From: Macrostomum lignano
Lineage: Eukaryota
DNA: 19,770 bases
Assembly: GCA_002269645.1 (NCBI GenBank)
Contig: NIVC01000233.1
Coordinates: 1 to 19,770, forward strand
Direction: 5' to 3'
Shown: piece by piece, positions 19,130 through 19,770 of the stretch
Layout of the letters: each line of letters starts with the position of its first letter
Numbering within the stretch: the stretch's first letter is position 1
Position numbers and translations under genes: made by a program
The notes under the pieces: generated by a model
The model's database searches: none
The model's input: only the letters and a program-made list of their open reading frames with translations
What the model was told of the DNA's origin: nothing

Positions 19130-19770
19130 GCGGGTCAGGATATAGTCAGTGGGGTCAGGATATAGTCAGTGGGGGTCAAGATATAGTCAGTGGGGATCAG
19201 GATATAGTCAGTGGGGTCAAGATATAGTCAGTGGGGGTCAGTATATAGTCAGTGGGGATCAGGATATAGTCAGTGGGGGTCAGTATATAGTCAGTGGGAT
19301 CAGGATATAGTCGTGGGGGTCAGGATATAGTCAGTGGGGGTCAGGATATAGTCAGTGGGGGTCAAGATATAGTCAGTGGGGGTCAGGATATAGTCAGTGG
19401 GGGCAAGATATAGTCAGTGGGGATCAGGATATAGTCAGTGGGGGTCATATATGGTCAAGTGGGGGTCAGGATATAGTCAGTGGGGGTCAGGATATAGTCG
19501 TGGGGGTCAGGATATAGTCAGTGGGGTCAGGATATAGTCAGTGGGGATCAGCCGATCAGGATATAGTCAGTGGGGAAACAGGATATAGTCAGTGGGGGTC
19601 AGATATGGTCCGTGGGGTCAGGATATAGTCATTGGGGGTCAGGATATATCAGTGGGGTCAAGATATAGTCAGATGGGATCAGGATATAGTCAGTCAGTGG
19701 GGGTCAGATATAGTCAGTGCAGGTCAGATATAGTCAGTGGGGCGTCAAGATATAGTCAGTGGGGGTCAGG
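19130..19770. repeat. G-rich intronic minisatellite, 20-21-nt unit GGATATAGTCAGTGGGG(G)TCA
   Basis: Directly visible array that runs off the window's right edge. Confidence 0.96.

Overview
Eukaryotic (animal) genomic DNA with GC-rich exons and AT-rich or minisatellite-filled introns and spacers. The style is reminiscent of free-living flatworms such as Macrostomum, but the organism cannot be confirmed from this window. Two convergent ion-channel genes are present. (1) A three-exon DEG/ENaC channel gene on + (5658-8762), about 612 aa once a single 1-nt frameshift near 6310 is corrected. (2) The 3' three exons of a voltage-gated Ca2+ channel beta subunit (CACNB) on - (18977-15901), with a 2-nt gap near 18918. 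Between them lie several minisatellites, an internally deleted Ty3/Gypsy LTR element (about 11900-13747), a probable decayed TESK/LIMK-like kinase fragment, a 457-bp MITE with an 8-bp TSD and CACAG termini, and a tRNA-like sequence whose 5' end forms the unit of an adjacent minisatellite. Upstream of the channel gene is a four-copy diverged AT-rich array with a gap-free conserved 67-nt core of unknown function. No CRISPR array or prokaryotic system is present, and most long ORFs in the track are repeat or antisense artefacts. All alignments and counts were made by hand, and no database search was run.
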